A DNA stretch of 64,000 nucleotides, from contig BQFW01000007.1 in the NCBI GenBank assembly GCA_020891255.1, positions 2,108,001 through 2,172,000 on the forward strand, in the 5' to 3' direction. Positions 50,971-61,863 of the stretch are shown one piece after another; position 1 is the stretch's first letter; each line of letters begins with the position of its first letter. A program made the translations under genes and the position numbers. Source of the stretch: Entomortierella parvispora E1425 (taxonomy: Eukaryota > Fungi > Mortierellomycota). The notes beneath the pieces are model-generated. The model saw only the letters and a list, made by a program, of their open reading frames with translations, was not told the origin of the DNA and made no database searches.

Positions 50971-52011
50971 ATGGACGAGGATCACCCTTTCTTTGCCGAG
51001 CTTAGCCGCCATGTTGCATTGGCCTACGACCTCCCTTTTGATGCTCCCTGGTTAGCTCTCTGCCCTGAAAAGACGTATCGGTTCACTTGGACTGAGCTCC
51101 TCCAGGTTGCCAATGCCTTGGCTCTTCCAATAACCTTAAAGTTGTCAAATGGAGCGATCGTTCCAAGACTGCAGGCGCTATGCATGCTTTGCTTTCGATT
51201 GAGTTATCCTCATCTTATCAAGGATATGGCCGCTCTCTTTTCTCGTGATTCTCCTTTTGTGTCGCACGCAATCAAGACCATTAACGAGTACATCCTTTCC
51301 GAATGGAAGCATCTTTTGGAGTTTGACCACACCCGCCTACGAGATGAATATCTGGAGGGTTTAGCAGCGCGAGTTCAGTTTATGAAAGGGAGGCTGACAA
51401 ACTGCTGGGGATTTGTTTCCTGGACTCATATTGAGATCTGCCGACCTAAGGAAAGGCCAAACCTGACATATTCTACCCAGAAACAGATGCACTCAATGAA
51501 ATATCAGTCGGTTTGCTGTCCAGATGGTATAATTGCCCATTTGAGCGGTCCTCATCCGGGAGCAGAAGCTGACACGGTCACTTTGACCAAGTCTTGTCTT
51601 CCAATCATTTTGAATGCCCACTGTCATAACACTCTTGGCGCTCCGATGGTCATTTATGGTGATGGGAATTATCCTGATTGCTTTCAAGTTTGTCGTCCAT
51701 ATCGCGGTCCAGTCCTCAGCAAGTCCGAGATCCGCTTCAACTTATCCATGAGACGTCCCCTTCTTTGTGCTGACAAAGGATTTGACTTCATTGACAATAA
51801 CTGGAGCTGGTTGGCCCATAGTAACATTCTGAAAATGAGACAGACTAAGTACTACATCGTGTCTGCTCTGTTCGCCAATATTCTCACTTGCATTCGTAGA
51901 GGGAACAGCGTCACCTCGTATTTCGGGATGGATCCGCCAACTCTTGAAAATTACCTTACTCCAAAACACCAGTGGATGCCAGAATCCCTTCCAAGTCAAG
52001 ATTTATTGTAA
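50971..52011 (+). CDS. PIF/Harbinger (HARBI1/DDE_Tnp_4-like) nuclease, catalytically degenerate
   Basis: 346-aa ORF with LCMLCFRLSYP, CWGFVSWT (canonical GFIDGT), KYQSVCCPDG, IYGDGNYP and CADKGF (canonical VEWGF). Confidence 0.8.
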   Translation: MDEDHPFFAELSRHVALAYDLPFDAPWLALCPEKTYRFTWTELLQVANALALPITLKLSNGAIVPRLQALCMLCFRLSYPHLIKDMAALFSRDSPFVSHAIKTINEYILSEWKHLLEFDHTRLRDEYLEGLAARVQFMKGRLTNCWGFVSWTHIEICRPKERPNLTYSTQKQMHSMKYQSVCCPDGIIAHLSGPHPGAEADTVTLTKSCLPIILNAHCHNTLGAPMVIYGDGNYPDCFQVCRPYRGPVLSKSEIRFNLSMRRPLLCADKGFDFIDNNWSWLAHSNILKMRQTKYYIVSALFANILTCIRRGNSVTSYFGMDPPTLENYLTPKHQWMPESLPSQDLL

Positions 52012-52034
52012 TAAATTGTATCACTGCATGGTCG

Positions 52035-53595
52035 CTAGCTTTCTGGTCGCCGTGGTGCTGCGGCTGTGGCCAGAGATATACTGGGTTGAAATGTTGTCTG
52101 AGGGCGCGCCAGCATTGGAGGCCATTGTATGGAGGTCGAGTGAGGCTGAGGCTGAGGTAGGCCAGAAGTCCTTGAGTAAGATTTCCATACAATATCCTGT
52201 AAATCACGGATTTCATTTCTGAATGTGAGAAACGTTCCATGCATTTCTGACCTCAAATCCGACAGCACTGAAATGACAGCAACGGTATTCCTATTCAAAT
52301 CGTCGATATTCCTATTCAAATCGTCGATACTCCTATTCAAATCGTCGATCTTGGATACTGTGTTCCTGCCGAGATCTTCAATGATGGTTGTGTTGTCTGT
52401 CATGTTCCTTCTAAGTTCCTTAATTCTAGCGGTAGTCTCAATCGCTACGACCTGTCTTATTGACTGCACTTCGTCCGCTATTCTCCTTTGCTCCTTCGCA
52501 AATCCCCGAGGCATCCGCATTGTCTTTTGTTGTTTTTGTGCTCCGAGGTGGTGTCACAGAGCGGTGTTTGGGCGAAGGTACCATGGCTGACAACGTAGCT
52601 GGAGGGTAGAGTAGCTCTTGTTGCTGCTGATGAATGGGCAAAGCAACTCCACGATGACTTTTCGTATCGCCTGGGGCAGCTCGAACATGCGTGACGTCGG
52701 CCCTATTGGAGCTTCGTGTTTCGCTATCATATTGTTCGCCCGCTGAATGTCCATCCTCATCCTCATTCTCTTCTTCCTCGTCTTCCGGCTCATCGTCGTT
52801 GTCATCGTCTTCACTGCCGCGCGATACAGTATCATCAAATCTTAGTTTCTTGATTCTCCGTCTGCGATCCTCTGTGACAAGATTCTGTCGGGTTGCTGTT
52901 GCGGGAGATGCCACGCGCGCCCTCTCTTCCGCCGTGAGTTCCGATGTTTCCTGCTTGATCCTTAATAAAGTTCGGTCGTAATCGCGCAAAAGACGACAGA
53001 GCTCCAACAACCGAGTTGAGAATGCGAGATCCACCCCAGTCGCGGAAGTGGCTAATTTCTCATAGGCGTTGTAGTCAGCACAGAGTCTGCCAACAGCCGA
53101 ATATAGGGCACCTGCTGTAACGCCTCTCAGACTCGGCTCGGCACGCTCTAGCTCTGTAGAAAGCTGGGTATACAATTCGCCGCCTCTCGTCAGACTCATG
53201 CCTCTCAGTTCATCCTGCGCACTAGCACAGAATTGTTGGAGTCGCTGAACAAGGAATTGGACGGCCAAGAATATCCTCCGTTGGTTTCCACCACTGGGAA
53301 GGGCTTTTAGTCCACAGTACCTCTTTGACCCAGTGGCAGGCATTTCAGTTGAGAGGTCAGCTAAATGAGGAAAAGGGTAGTTCAGTGAAATGCCAGGAGA
53401 GCAAAGGAATCTCAATTGACTCAATTAATTACCTTCCCGAATGCTGTCTTCCACTGAAAGAACCCTACCGGACTGGAGTGAATCGACATCTTCAGGATCC
53501 TCAAATATATTCCGGTAGTGCTTCAGATGGACAGTCTGTTCTCTCGAGAGCGTCGCAGAAGCAGGTTGTGGGGATGGATTTCGTTTTTGAGACAT
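52035..53595 (-). pseudogene. Putative Myb/SANT-like Harbinger partner protein with acidic tract and heptad coiled coil, frameshifted
   Basis: ATG 53595 (MSQKRNP), in-frame intron 53361-53432; LYTQLSTEL...ALYSAVGRL...ATSATGVD...LLELCRLL; acidic stretch. A frameshift near 52540 leads into the IDDLNRN heptads (21-nt DNA repeats ~52290-52350). Convergent with the nuclease gene. Confidence 0.55.
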
Positions 53596-54654
53596 CTCGT
53601 TGTGAGTGATGGATTCGTAATAAAATAAAACCAATTGTTGTGTTGGAGGGCTGCATCGCGTGGTCACGTGACTATAGTCGAAAGATGCCCTGGTGGTGCA
53701 GCGGCCCCGAGCCGCCCCGTGCCTGGACCATGAGGAGGGAAAGACGGGCTAGCCGCTCCGAAGGCGCTCTCGTCGAGGTCGAGCCCTCTCTCTTTGTCGT
53801 TCGAACCTGGCGTGGTCATATTCGCAAATAGATGGTTTCTGTTTTTTTTTTTTTGGTTCTCTTCCGGGTTTTCCTGAAGTTTTCTCGCCTGCTCGTATGG
53901 AACCAGTGTCCATGTAGCAGAAGCAGCAGCGAAGAAATAGTAGGAAAGAAGTATGTGACAAAGACAACTTTCCCCTATCTTTCTCCCATTGCACCCTTTT
54001 ACACCAGGGTAGTGTTGGCTTAGAGGCAGATCCAAACAACCTTGGCTGTAGTTTTGCACCTTGTTCATCATACAAGTGTGCCTTCTGGGTCAATTGCAGA
54101 TACTACGGCAGTAGTCAATGGATATGATATTAGTGAAGGACAATGGCATGGCTTTCAACAGCCTTCGCGTACTTTGAAAATGAGAATTCGCTTCCCAAAT
54201 CCCAAACGTCTAGAATGCAGTTTAGCAGTTCAAAGAAAACAAAGATGATGAGGAAGACACCTTCCCTACAAGAGATACCGTATTGAGAATCCAAAGGTCT
54301 CTTTTAGTGATAGACTGCATCATTTTTAGATGCTTCTTTTTGGTACTAACCGAGCTTCAACTGGCTAAAATGATGAACAAGCGAAAGAGCTGCAAATACG
54401 ATGACCTTGTCAAAATCTCGCCACGCTCACATCCGTACTTGTCATGATTTTTCTTAGTTCGAGAGTGAAAACGTCTTTTCATATTCGTCCAAAGCTGATG
54501 ATCCCTTCTCTGAGGGCCTTGTAACTGGATCAGTACGCGTGTCCAGCTATTTAACATCAACCTCTTTTTGATTCCAACTTCTATCCAACTACACTTTCAA
54601 CTTTTGTTCTCTAGAATATTTGTAGTTAAGTGGGGCTCAATTTAACTTAAATAA

Positions 54655-54765
54655 AGCGACCGACATATACGGGAGCAGCCGACAAATAAGGGGGAGCAGC
54701 CGACAAATAAGAGCAATGAGCCGACAAATAAGAATTGTCGGACGGGCCGACAAATAGTCTAGTCC
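54655..54765 (-). repeat. Right TIR with ~5 subterminal CCGACAAATA repeats
   Basis: Reverse complement of the left-end motif, repeated at ~21-nt spacing. Confidence 0.9.
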
Positions 54766-55419
54766 ATCTTCTCTCTCTCTCTTTTTTATCCTGTTCAATG
54801 CTGCGTGGGAACGGATGAATCCCAGATTGCAGCCTGGGAACTAAAAAATGAGATGTATTATACAACACCCATTGATATTAACATCCAAACAGAAGCGCTC
54901 TTGGCCTGGTGGGTGGAGGGGGAGATACTCTGTCCGACTCTGAGATGAGCACCATTCAGTGACTTGACTCCCACCGTGTGGCAGATCGCTGGACAATAGG
55001 TGGGAGCACTGACCAGGTTCGAAAAAAAGAAAGATGCGGAGAGTAAAAAGCGAAATAGGGGCAATGACGCGTAAAACAACGCGTGTAACATCTTTGTCCC
55101 AGAGCACGATGTGGAGTCGAAGGGACGCGTTTTTTTTCCGTCCCAAGATAAGCAAATTCTACCCGCCTTGCATTACCCAACCCCTATGCATGTCGATTTT
55201 GGCGTGAGAAGTGCATCGATTGCATGATTCACAACGAATGGGGTGCTGTCGCCGCTCAACCTTCCGTGGGTAAATTTACAAACTCTTCTCCACCTCTCAC
55301 GATAAACCCCATTTTTTTTTCTATATAAACCCTGGCTCACACCAGTGAAAACAACAAAATATCCTCATCCGCCTTCCAACTCTTCCCTCCTTTTGCATCC
55401 ATACAAGTCTTGTTCAAAA

Positions 55420-55974
55420 ATGGCACGCTCGCTTTCGTCGCTGTTCCTGGGCCTCCTGGTTCTCACTTTGATCTGTCTCCAAGGTGTCTTCGCGTACATC
55501 CCGGAAGGATTATACGAAATCCAGACCCTTGATAACGAATATCTCTCGATCGGCCCAGTTCCTCCTGTCTTCCCTCCTATGGATGTCCCCGCTCGTCTTT
55601 CGGACCGTAGACGCGGAGACGAAATCTGGGAAGTCCTGCGATCCAATGATGGCGGTTACACCATCCGCCAGCGCGGTGATCCGAAGTGGGCCTATGGACT
55701 CAACCGTGATGACAACGGTGCTGTTATCGTGAGCTCCAGGAAGGCACCCCAGACCTGGGCTGTGGACAAGGCTGGTCCGGATGTGCACACAATTAGAGTC
55801 GTCAACGAGGACAAACTCTTCACTGCGAAACGGGATGATTTCCCTCAAGTTGTCCTTCGACCCGCTGACGGCTCTGGTGAACAGCTTTGGAGATTCATTC
55901 CATTCAGTGATGATTGGAATGCTCGTGGTGGCATGTACGGAAAGAGCCGTTTCAATGTTCAGTGCTATCTGTAG
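55420..55974 (+). CDS. Secreted beta-trefoil protein, copy B1
   Basis: Intronless 184 aa from ATG 55420; signal peptide; ends RFNVQCYL; TATATAAA at 55322. Confidence 0.8.
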   Translation: MARSLSSLFLGLLVLTLICLQGVFAYIPEGLYEIQTLDNEYLSIGPVPPVFPPMDVPARLSDRRRGDEIWEVLRSNDGGYTIRQRGDPKWAYGLNRDDNGAVIVSSRKAPQTWAVDKAGPDVHTIRVVNEDKLFTAKRDDFPQVVLRPADGSGEQLWRFIPFSDDWNARGGMYGKSRFNVQCYL

Positions 55975-56329
55975 AGAACGAAATATGTGGCAGCCTACTT
56001 GATGTCAAAGAGGCACTTCCTCTATATCCAGCACTATCTAGTTTTTTCTTTCTATCGTAGCCCGATCTGCACTTTTGTCTGACTTTGACATCGCCGTACC
56101 CGTTGGACAAATAAATCAAGTTTCATTATTTTAAACAAAAGTGGGTTCGCTCCTCTCCTCGTGGTTCTTCCAACTTGACAGTCGAAAGCGATCCGTTGAC
56201 CTCCTCCTCTCATCGTTAAAAAAAAACACGACTCATTGGTTGCATGGGCGGCAAAGCTCTTGTCCCTAGGTAAACCCTCCTGTGGATCCTAGGAAGTGAT
56301 TCCCACCTCCCATCTCTATGCAAGAAAAG

Positions 56330-56560
56330 GCCTTCAAGACCAGATATTGAGTTCACCAGTCAATATGGCTTCCAACCTGACAGGCACTTCCTACGCCTTC
56401 AATTGACGGATCGATCCACGCCGCCATCGCCCTCCATCCAGTTCTCCAAGACTCAAGGACGATACCATCAAGAGCAATGCGACAGTGAATGTGATAGATA
56501 GCCCGCAAATGAGCGACGGATCTGGGCCCTATGATCCCCACTGCAAGTTCATCTCTAGGC
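56330..56560 (+). pseudogene. Decayed copy of kinase-gene 3' end (relic 2)
   Basis: CCAGATATTGAGTTCACCAGTCAATATGGCTTCCAACCTGA...CAATTGACGGATCGATCC matches 43020-43100. Confidence 0.8.
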
Positions 56561-57194
56561 TTCAAACGACTGGGAATCCCTTGGTGTCATCATCTACCAG
56601 AGCCGAACCATTTCTTGCCCCGTGAACACGGCATGCTTTTGGTTCTCTCAAATATGAGGGAGCGCGACGGTTTCCCTCAGGTTGGGAAAGGATTTCAGCG
56701 ATGATAACAAGAGGGTGCTTGCTAGTAAAATACGAAAACTGACATGTCCTAGAGGTTATTGGAGAGGCTCTTCCGCGAGAGAACTCCAAGAACATGAGGA
56801 TCATGTTTTCAATCGGAGCTCTTGTTGTTGAGTGCAGGAACCCATTCTAAAAAAACACATCCATTACGAAAGCCAAGCAATCGAGCACACAACATCGAAC
56901 GAGTCGCTTCGCTTTGATAATCTACGACCCTTTGCAAAGAACATGGGGGAACTGATGAATTGGACAACCACGCCAAACGGAGCCTAAAACGTCCCGTTGG
57001 ACTCGGGGTGAGCCTGCTCATCACTTCTAAGTCCTTCCTACTTGACTGTCGCTAGCCATCTGAAGATCTTTTCATCTCTCCCTCATGAATAAAATACATG
57101 GTTCATCGGTTGCATGTACAGCAAAGCACCGTACTTTGGCAAACCCCCATATCGATCTTAGAAAGCGATTCCTACTACCCATTTCTATGTTGTT

Positions 57195-57445
57195 GAAGGA
57201 CCCTCCGGACCAGAGATTGAATTCATCGGTTGATATGGCATCCTTGGGCATGTTCCACGCGTGCAATTGACAAATCGATCCATGCTGTTGTCTCCTACCC
57301 AGTCTTCCAAGGCCCTAGACGGATACCACCATGAGCAATGGGCAAGTGAAGGCGATAGCCCACGATTAGGCAAGGGATCTGATCCCAGTGACACCAACAA
57401 GAACCTCTTTAGAAGCTTGGAATCATTAGCAAAAAGGCCAGATAA
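57195..57445 (+). pseudogene. Decayed copy of kinase-gene 3' end (relic 3)
   Basis: GAAGGACCCTCCGGACCAGAGATTGAA...CACCATGAGCAATGGGCAAGTGAAGGCGA...AGCAAAAAGGCCAGATAA. Confidence 0.85.
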
Positions 57446-58487
57446 AGCAATGGCCTTGTTTGATACTCTCTCTCTCTTATCCTGTGCAATGCCGCGTGGG
57501 AACGAACGAATCCCCAAATTACCGCCTGGGAACTAAAATAATATATATGTAGAAACCATCACGCCCCACGTTACTGGGAAGATACTCAGACTCTGAGATA
57601 AGCACCATTCAGTGTCTAGATCCCCAGAGCGAGGGCAGGACTCTGGACAATGAGTGGGAGCACTGACCGGGTTCAGACAAAAATACACATAAACAAAACA
57701 GGACAGATTTGTTGGAGACGAAAACTGACACGGAGAATAAAACCGAAATAGGGGCTTGGCCTGCAAAACAACGCGTGTGGGATCGTTGTCCTTCCCCTGC
57801 TCCTCCTGTCTAGTTATTGTCGTGTGAACATCTGCGCGCCTTTTTTCCCCGAGTCTATCAATCTCAATCTACTAATGTACTAGGTTGTGCCAAAGGTCAT
57901 GTAAGAGAACTGAATAATCGATGGTATGTTTTTTTTTTGCATGACTTTGCACTCTCATCGCGTCGATATCAGCAATTTCGACTGATAACGTAAATCGCGT
58001 GTCCTTGGAATCCTCTCAGGAGAGAGCATCACCAATTGCCTGGAACACTATGCCCTTCTGCTCATTTTCCTAGTGTCACCCTCCATCACCACCACTGCGC
58101 CTTGATTCTCTAGTCTGAGAGAGCAGTGGGCTTTCCAAGGGTCCATCACAAAAAAAAAAATTGCCAGAAGAGCACGGTCCCCCGCCGTGGGGACGCGTTT
58201 CTTTTTTCTGTCCCAAGATTAGCCAATTCTACCCGCTTTACATTTTACCCAACCCCTATGCAAACCGATTTTGGCGTGAGAACTGCATCGCTTGCATGAT
58301 CCACAGTAAAGGGTGTATCCTAGCCGTTCAACCTTCTGTGGGTAAATGTAGAAACTCTTCTCCATCCCCGGTCGATCAAACCAATTTTTTTTCTATATAA
58401 ATTACCTCACCCCACCACCACAACAACAACAAACCACCTCATCTGCCTGCCCGCTCTTTCCCTCCCCACTACAAGTCTTGTCCAAAA

Positions 58488-59042
58488 ATGTCACGCTCGC
58501 TTCCGTCGCTCCTGCTGAGCTTCCTTATTCTGACTTTGATCTGCCTCCAAGGTGTCTTCGGGTCTATCAACGAAGGATTATACATCATCCATACTCTCGA
58601 TAACAAATATCTCGCGATCGGCCCGGTTCCTCCCATCTACCCTCCTTTGGATGTCCCCGCTCGTGTTTTACCTAGTGCAGGGCAAGACAGAATTTGGGAG
58701 GTCTTGCGAGCCGAAGATGGTGGCTACACCATCCGTCAGCGTGGTGACTCGAGCATGGCCTACGGACTTAACCAAAATGAGGACGGAGCAGTTATCGTGA
58801 GTGCTATGAAAAAGCCTCAAAACTGGGCCATAGACAATGCCGGTGACGATCTATTCACCATTAGAGTCGTCAACGAGGACAGCCTTGTTACTGTGAACCG
58901 GGGGGAGTTCCCTCCAGTCGTTCTTCGACCCGCCAATGGCTCTCCAGAACAGCGTTGGGTATTTATTCCAATCCCCCGATTCTCGGATACTCACGGCGGC
59001 ATGTACGGAAAGAGCCGTTTCAATCTTCAGTGTGGTCTGTAG
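58488..59042 (+). CDS. Secreted beta-trefoil protein, copy A2
   Basis: Intronless 184 aa; signal peptide; ends RFNLQCGL; TATATAAA at 58394. Confidence 0.8.
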   Translation: MSRSLPSLLLSFLILTLICLQGVFGSINEGLYIIHTLDNKYLAIGPVPPIYPPLDVPARVLPSAGQDRIWEVLRAEDGGYTIRQRGDSSMAYGLNQNEDGAVIVSAMKKPQNWAIDNAGDDLFTIRVVNEDSLVTVNRGEFPPVVLRPANGSPEQRWVFIPIPRFSDTHGGMYGKSRFNLQCGL

Positions 59043-59519
59043 ACTCTGCATGGACCATTCTGAAACAGTCCGTCGATATCATGGGAGCCCCTTCGCCCGC
59101 CATATCTAGCACCATCTACTCTTTTACTGTTTTCTTTTTTCGCTCTCTGTCGTTTCGTATCCTTATCTCGCCATTCCTCTAGCTATTCGACGACAATGTC
59201 AGAAGCTGGACCAGCACCTGAATAGTTGTCTACTCTTTGTTTGAAAAGGCAGAATGTTGATTGGAATAAATTTTTAAAAAAGCGCTCTGTGCTAACAAAA
59301 AAGAATCAGAATGGATGGCCACGACAATTGAGCGTCAGACTCAGGTGAGTTCGTTCATCTTCTCTTCTAGATCCAGCTTCTTACCTGACTACCGTAAGGC
59401 ATCAGTTGACCTCTTCCTCTTGTTGATTTTTTTTTTTTAAAAAAAACACGGCTCACCGGTTTCATACACGGCCATGTCGATCCTTGAAGGTGATTTCAAC
59501 TGCTCATCTCCATGAAGTA

Positions 59520-59762
59520 GAAGGACCACTCTAGACCAGAGATTGAACTCATCAGTCAGTAATGTCTCCAGACTGACATGCACTTCCTACGCTTTCAACT
59601 GAAGGAACGATCCATGCTGCCGTCGTCCTCTATTCAGTTTTCCAAGGTGCAAAGAGAATACCATCACGAGCAGTGGGCAAGTGAAGGCGACGGTCCACAA
59701 ATGGGCAAGAGATCCGATCCCAACGATACCAACAAGAACCATTGACAAAAAGGCTGATAAAG
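59520..59762 (+). pseudogene. Decayed copy of kinase-gene 3' end (relic 4)
   Basis: Similar to 45270-45505 and to the kinase tail (HHEQWASEGDGPQMG translatable). Confidence 0.85.
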
Positions 59763-60586
59763 CCTGAGGTATCTTCTCTTTCTCTTTCTTATCCTGTTCA
59801 ATGCTGCGTGGGAACGGATGAATACCAAAATTGCCGCCTAGGAACTATAAAAAATAATAACCCCACGTTACTGAGTGGAAGATACTCTGACTCTGAGATA
59901 AGCACCGTTCAGTGGCTAGATCCTCAGAGCGAGGGCAGGACTCTGGACAATGATGGGAGCACTGACCAGGTTCAGACAAAAATACACATAAACAAGCTGG
60001 ACACAAAAACTGACATGGAGAATAAAACCGAAATAGGGGCATTGGCCTGCAAAGCAACGCGTGTGGTATCATTGTCCCTCCCTTGCTCTGGCTTAGTTTC
60101 TCGTCGTGTGAACGCCTGCGCGTCTTTTTTTTCTCGAGTCCATCAGTCTACTAGGTTGCGGCGCTAAAGATCAAGCATCCATGTGCCTTGATTCTCTAGT
60201 CTGAGCAAGCAGTGTGTCATCCATGGGCCCATCACAAAAAAGATTGCCAGAAGAGCACGGTCCCCGCTATGGGAACGCGTCATTTTTTTTTGTTTTTTTT
60301 TTCTGTCCCAAGATTAGCAAATTTCTGCCCGCCTTGCATGATACCCAACCCCCAACCCCTACGCAAATCGATTCTGGCGTGAGAAGCGCACCACTTGCAT
60401 GATCCACAGCAAAGGGGGTGTTCTAGCCGTTCAACCTTCTGTGGGTAAATGTAGAAACTCTTCTCCACCTCCCACGATCAAATCAATTTCTTTTCTATAT
60501 AAACTGCCTCACCAAACCACCCACAACAATAAAAATCGACATCTGCCTGCCCACCCTTCCCCTCTCCACTGCAAGTCTTGCTCAAA

Positions 60587-61141
60587 ATGTCACGCTCGCT
60601 TTCATCGCTGTTACTGACCTTCCTTGCTCTCACTTTGATCTGTCTCCAAGGTGTCTTCGGATACATCGAGCCCGGACTCTACATTATCGAGACTCTTGAT
60701 GACAGATTTCTCTCGATCGGCCCGGTTCCTCCTATTTACCCACCTGTTGATGTCCCAGTTCGTCTTTCGAACAGTCCACCCCTAGAGGAAATTTGGGACG
60801 TCAGGCCAGTCGATGATGGTGGATACACCATCCGCCAGCGCGGCGACTCCAAGATGACCTACGGGCTTAACCAAGATCAGGGCAAAGCAGTTATCGTAAG
60901 TGCGAGGAAGGCACCCCAGAGCTGGGCCGTGAACAATGCCGGCGACGGTCTGTTCACCATTGGGGTCGTCAACCAGGACAGCCTCGTTACTGTGAACAGG
61001 GAGGAGTTCCCTCCAGTCGTTCTTCGACCCGCCAATGGCTCTCCAGACCAGCATTGGAGGTTTGTTCGAGTCGACAGATTCTCATCTACTCGCGGCGGCA
61101 TGTACGGAAAGAGCCGCTTCAATCTTCAGTGTGGTCTGTAG
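60587..61141 (+). CDS. Secreted beta-trefoil protein, copy A3
   Basis: Intronless 184 aa from ATG 60587; signal peptide; ends RFNLQCGL; TATATAAA at 60496. Confidence 0.8.
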   Translation: MSRSLSSLLLTFLALTLICLQGVFGYIEPGLYIIETLDDRFLSIGPVPPIYPPVDVPVRLSNSPPLEEIWDVRPVDDGGYTIRQRGDSKMTYGLNQDQGKAVIVSARKAPQSWAVNNAGDGLFTIGVVNQDSLVTVNREEFPPVVLRPANGSPDQHWRFVRVDRFSSTRGGMYGKSRFNLQCGL

Positions 61142-61609
61142 ACTCTGCACAAACCATTATGAAACAACTTACCGATATCTCGATATCTTGGGTGCCCCTC
61201 CGCCCGCCATATCTAGCACCAGTTACTTTTCTTCTTTACTCTTCCCTCGTTAACCTGATTTTGCCATTCCCAGACCAGCTTCTGATCATGTCGCACCTGT
61301 AGAGGATAGTTGTCTACTTTTGTTTGAAACGGTAGAATGCTGATTGGAATAAATTTTTAAAAAAGCACTGCAGTATGTGCTAGAAAAAACGATAAAAAGA
61401 CAATTGAGGAGCGGACTCACCCGAGCCCGCTCATCCAGGTCCAGCTTCTTACTTGACTGGAGCAAGGCATCGGTTGAACTCTCTTCCTCTCTCATAGATA
61501 AAAGAAAACAAAACACGACTCATCGGTTCCATGCGCCGCAAAGCATCGTACTTGGAAACCCTCGTGTCGATCCTTGAAGGCGATTTCAACTACCCATCTC
61601 TAACCGTCT

Positions 61610-61863
61610 GGATAAGGGATTGAGCTCATCAGTCAATATGGTTTTCAGCCTGATAGGCATCAGGCACTTCCTACGCTTTCAATTGACAGATTGATCCATC
61701 CTGTAGTCTCCTACCCAGTCTTCCAAGGCGCAAGTAGAATACCATCACGAGCAGTGGGCCAGTGAAGGCGACAACCCACGAATGGTCGAGGAATCCGATC
61801 CCAACGATACCAACAGGAACATTCTTAGAAAGTTTCGAACCATCAGCAAAAAAGCCAGATAAA
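61610..61863 (+). pseudogene. Decayed copy of kinase-gene 3' end (relic 5)
   Basis: Still translates IELISQYGFQPD and HHEQWASEGDNPRMVEESDPNDTNRNILRKFRTISKKAR*, versus the kinase's HHEQWASEGDSPQMGEESDTNDTNKNIFRKFRTISKKAR*. Confidence 0.9.

Larger units (their letters stand above)
45525..54765. mobile_element. Mutator-like DNA transposon (MULE), 9,241 bp, multi-gene
   Basis: Termini GGAAGCGTCTATTTGTCGGCCCGTCCGACAA / TTGTCGGACGGGCCGACAAATAGTCTAGTCC. 10-bp TSD ATCTTCTCTC at 45515-45524 and 54766-54775. An uninterrupted paralogous site at ~59765-59810 confirms the insertion. Encodes a MULE transposase. Confidence 0.93.

Noticed and set aside
50520-53720. Independent nested Harbinger transposon
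   Set aside because: No matching TIR pair or TAA/TTA TSD was found around the gene pair by eye; a heavily eroded nested insertion cannot be excluded.
56560-57200. Older relic of the kinase ankyrin region
   Set aside because: Only scattered short matches (e.g. TTGAGTGCAG); too weak to call without alignment statistics.
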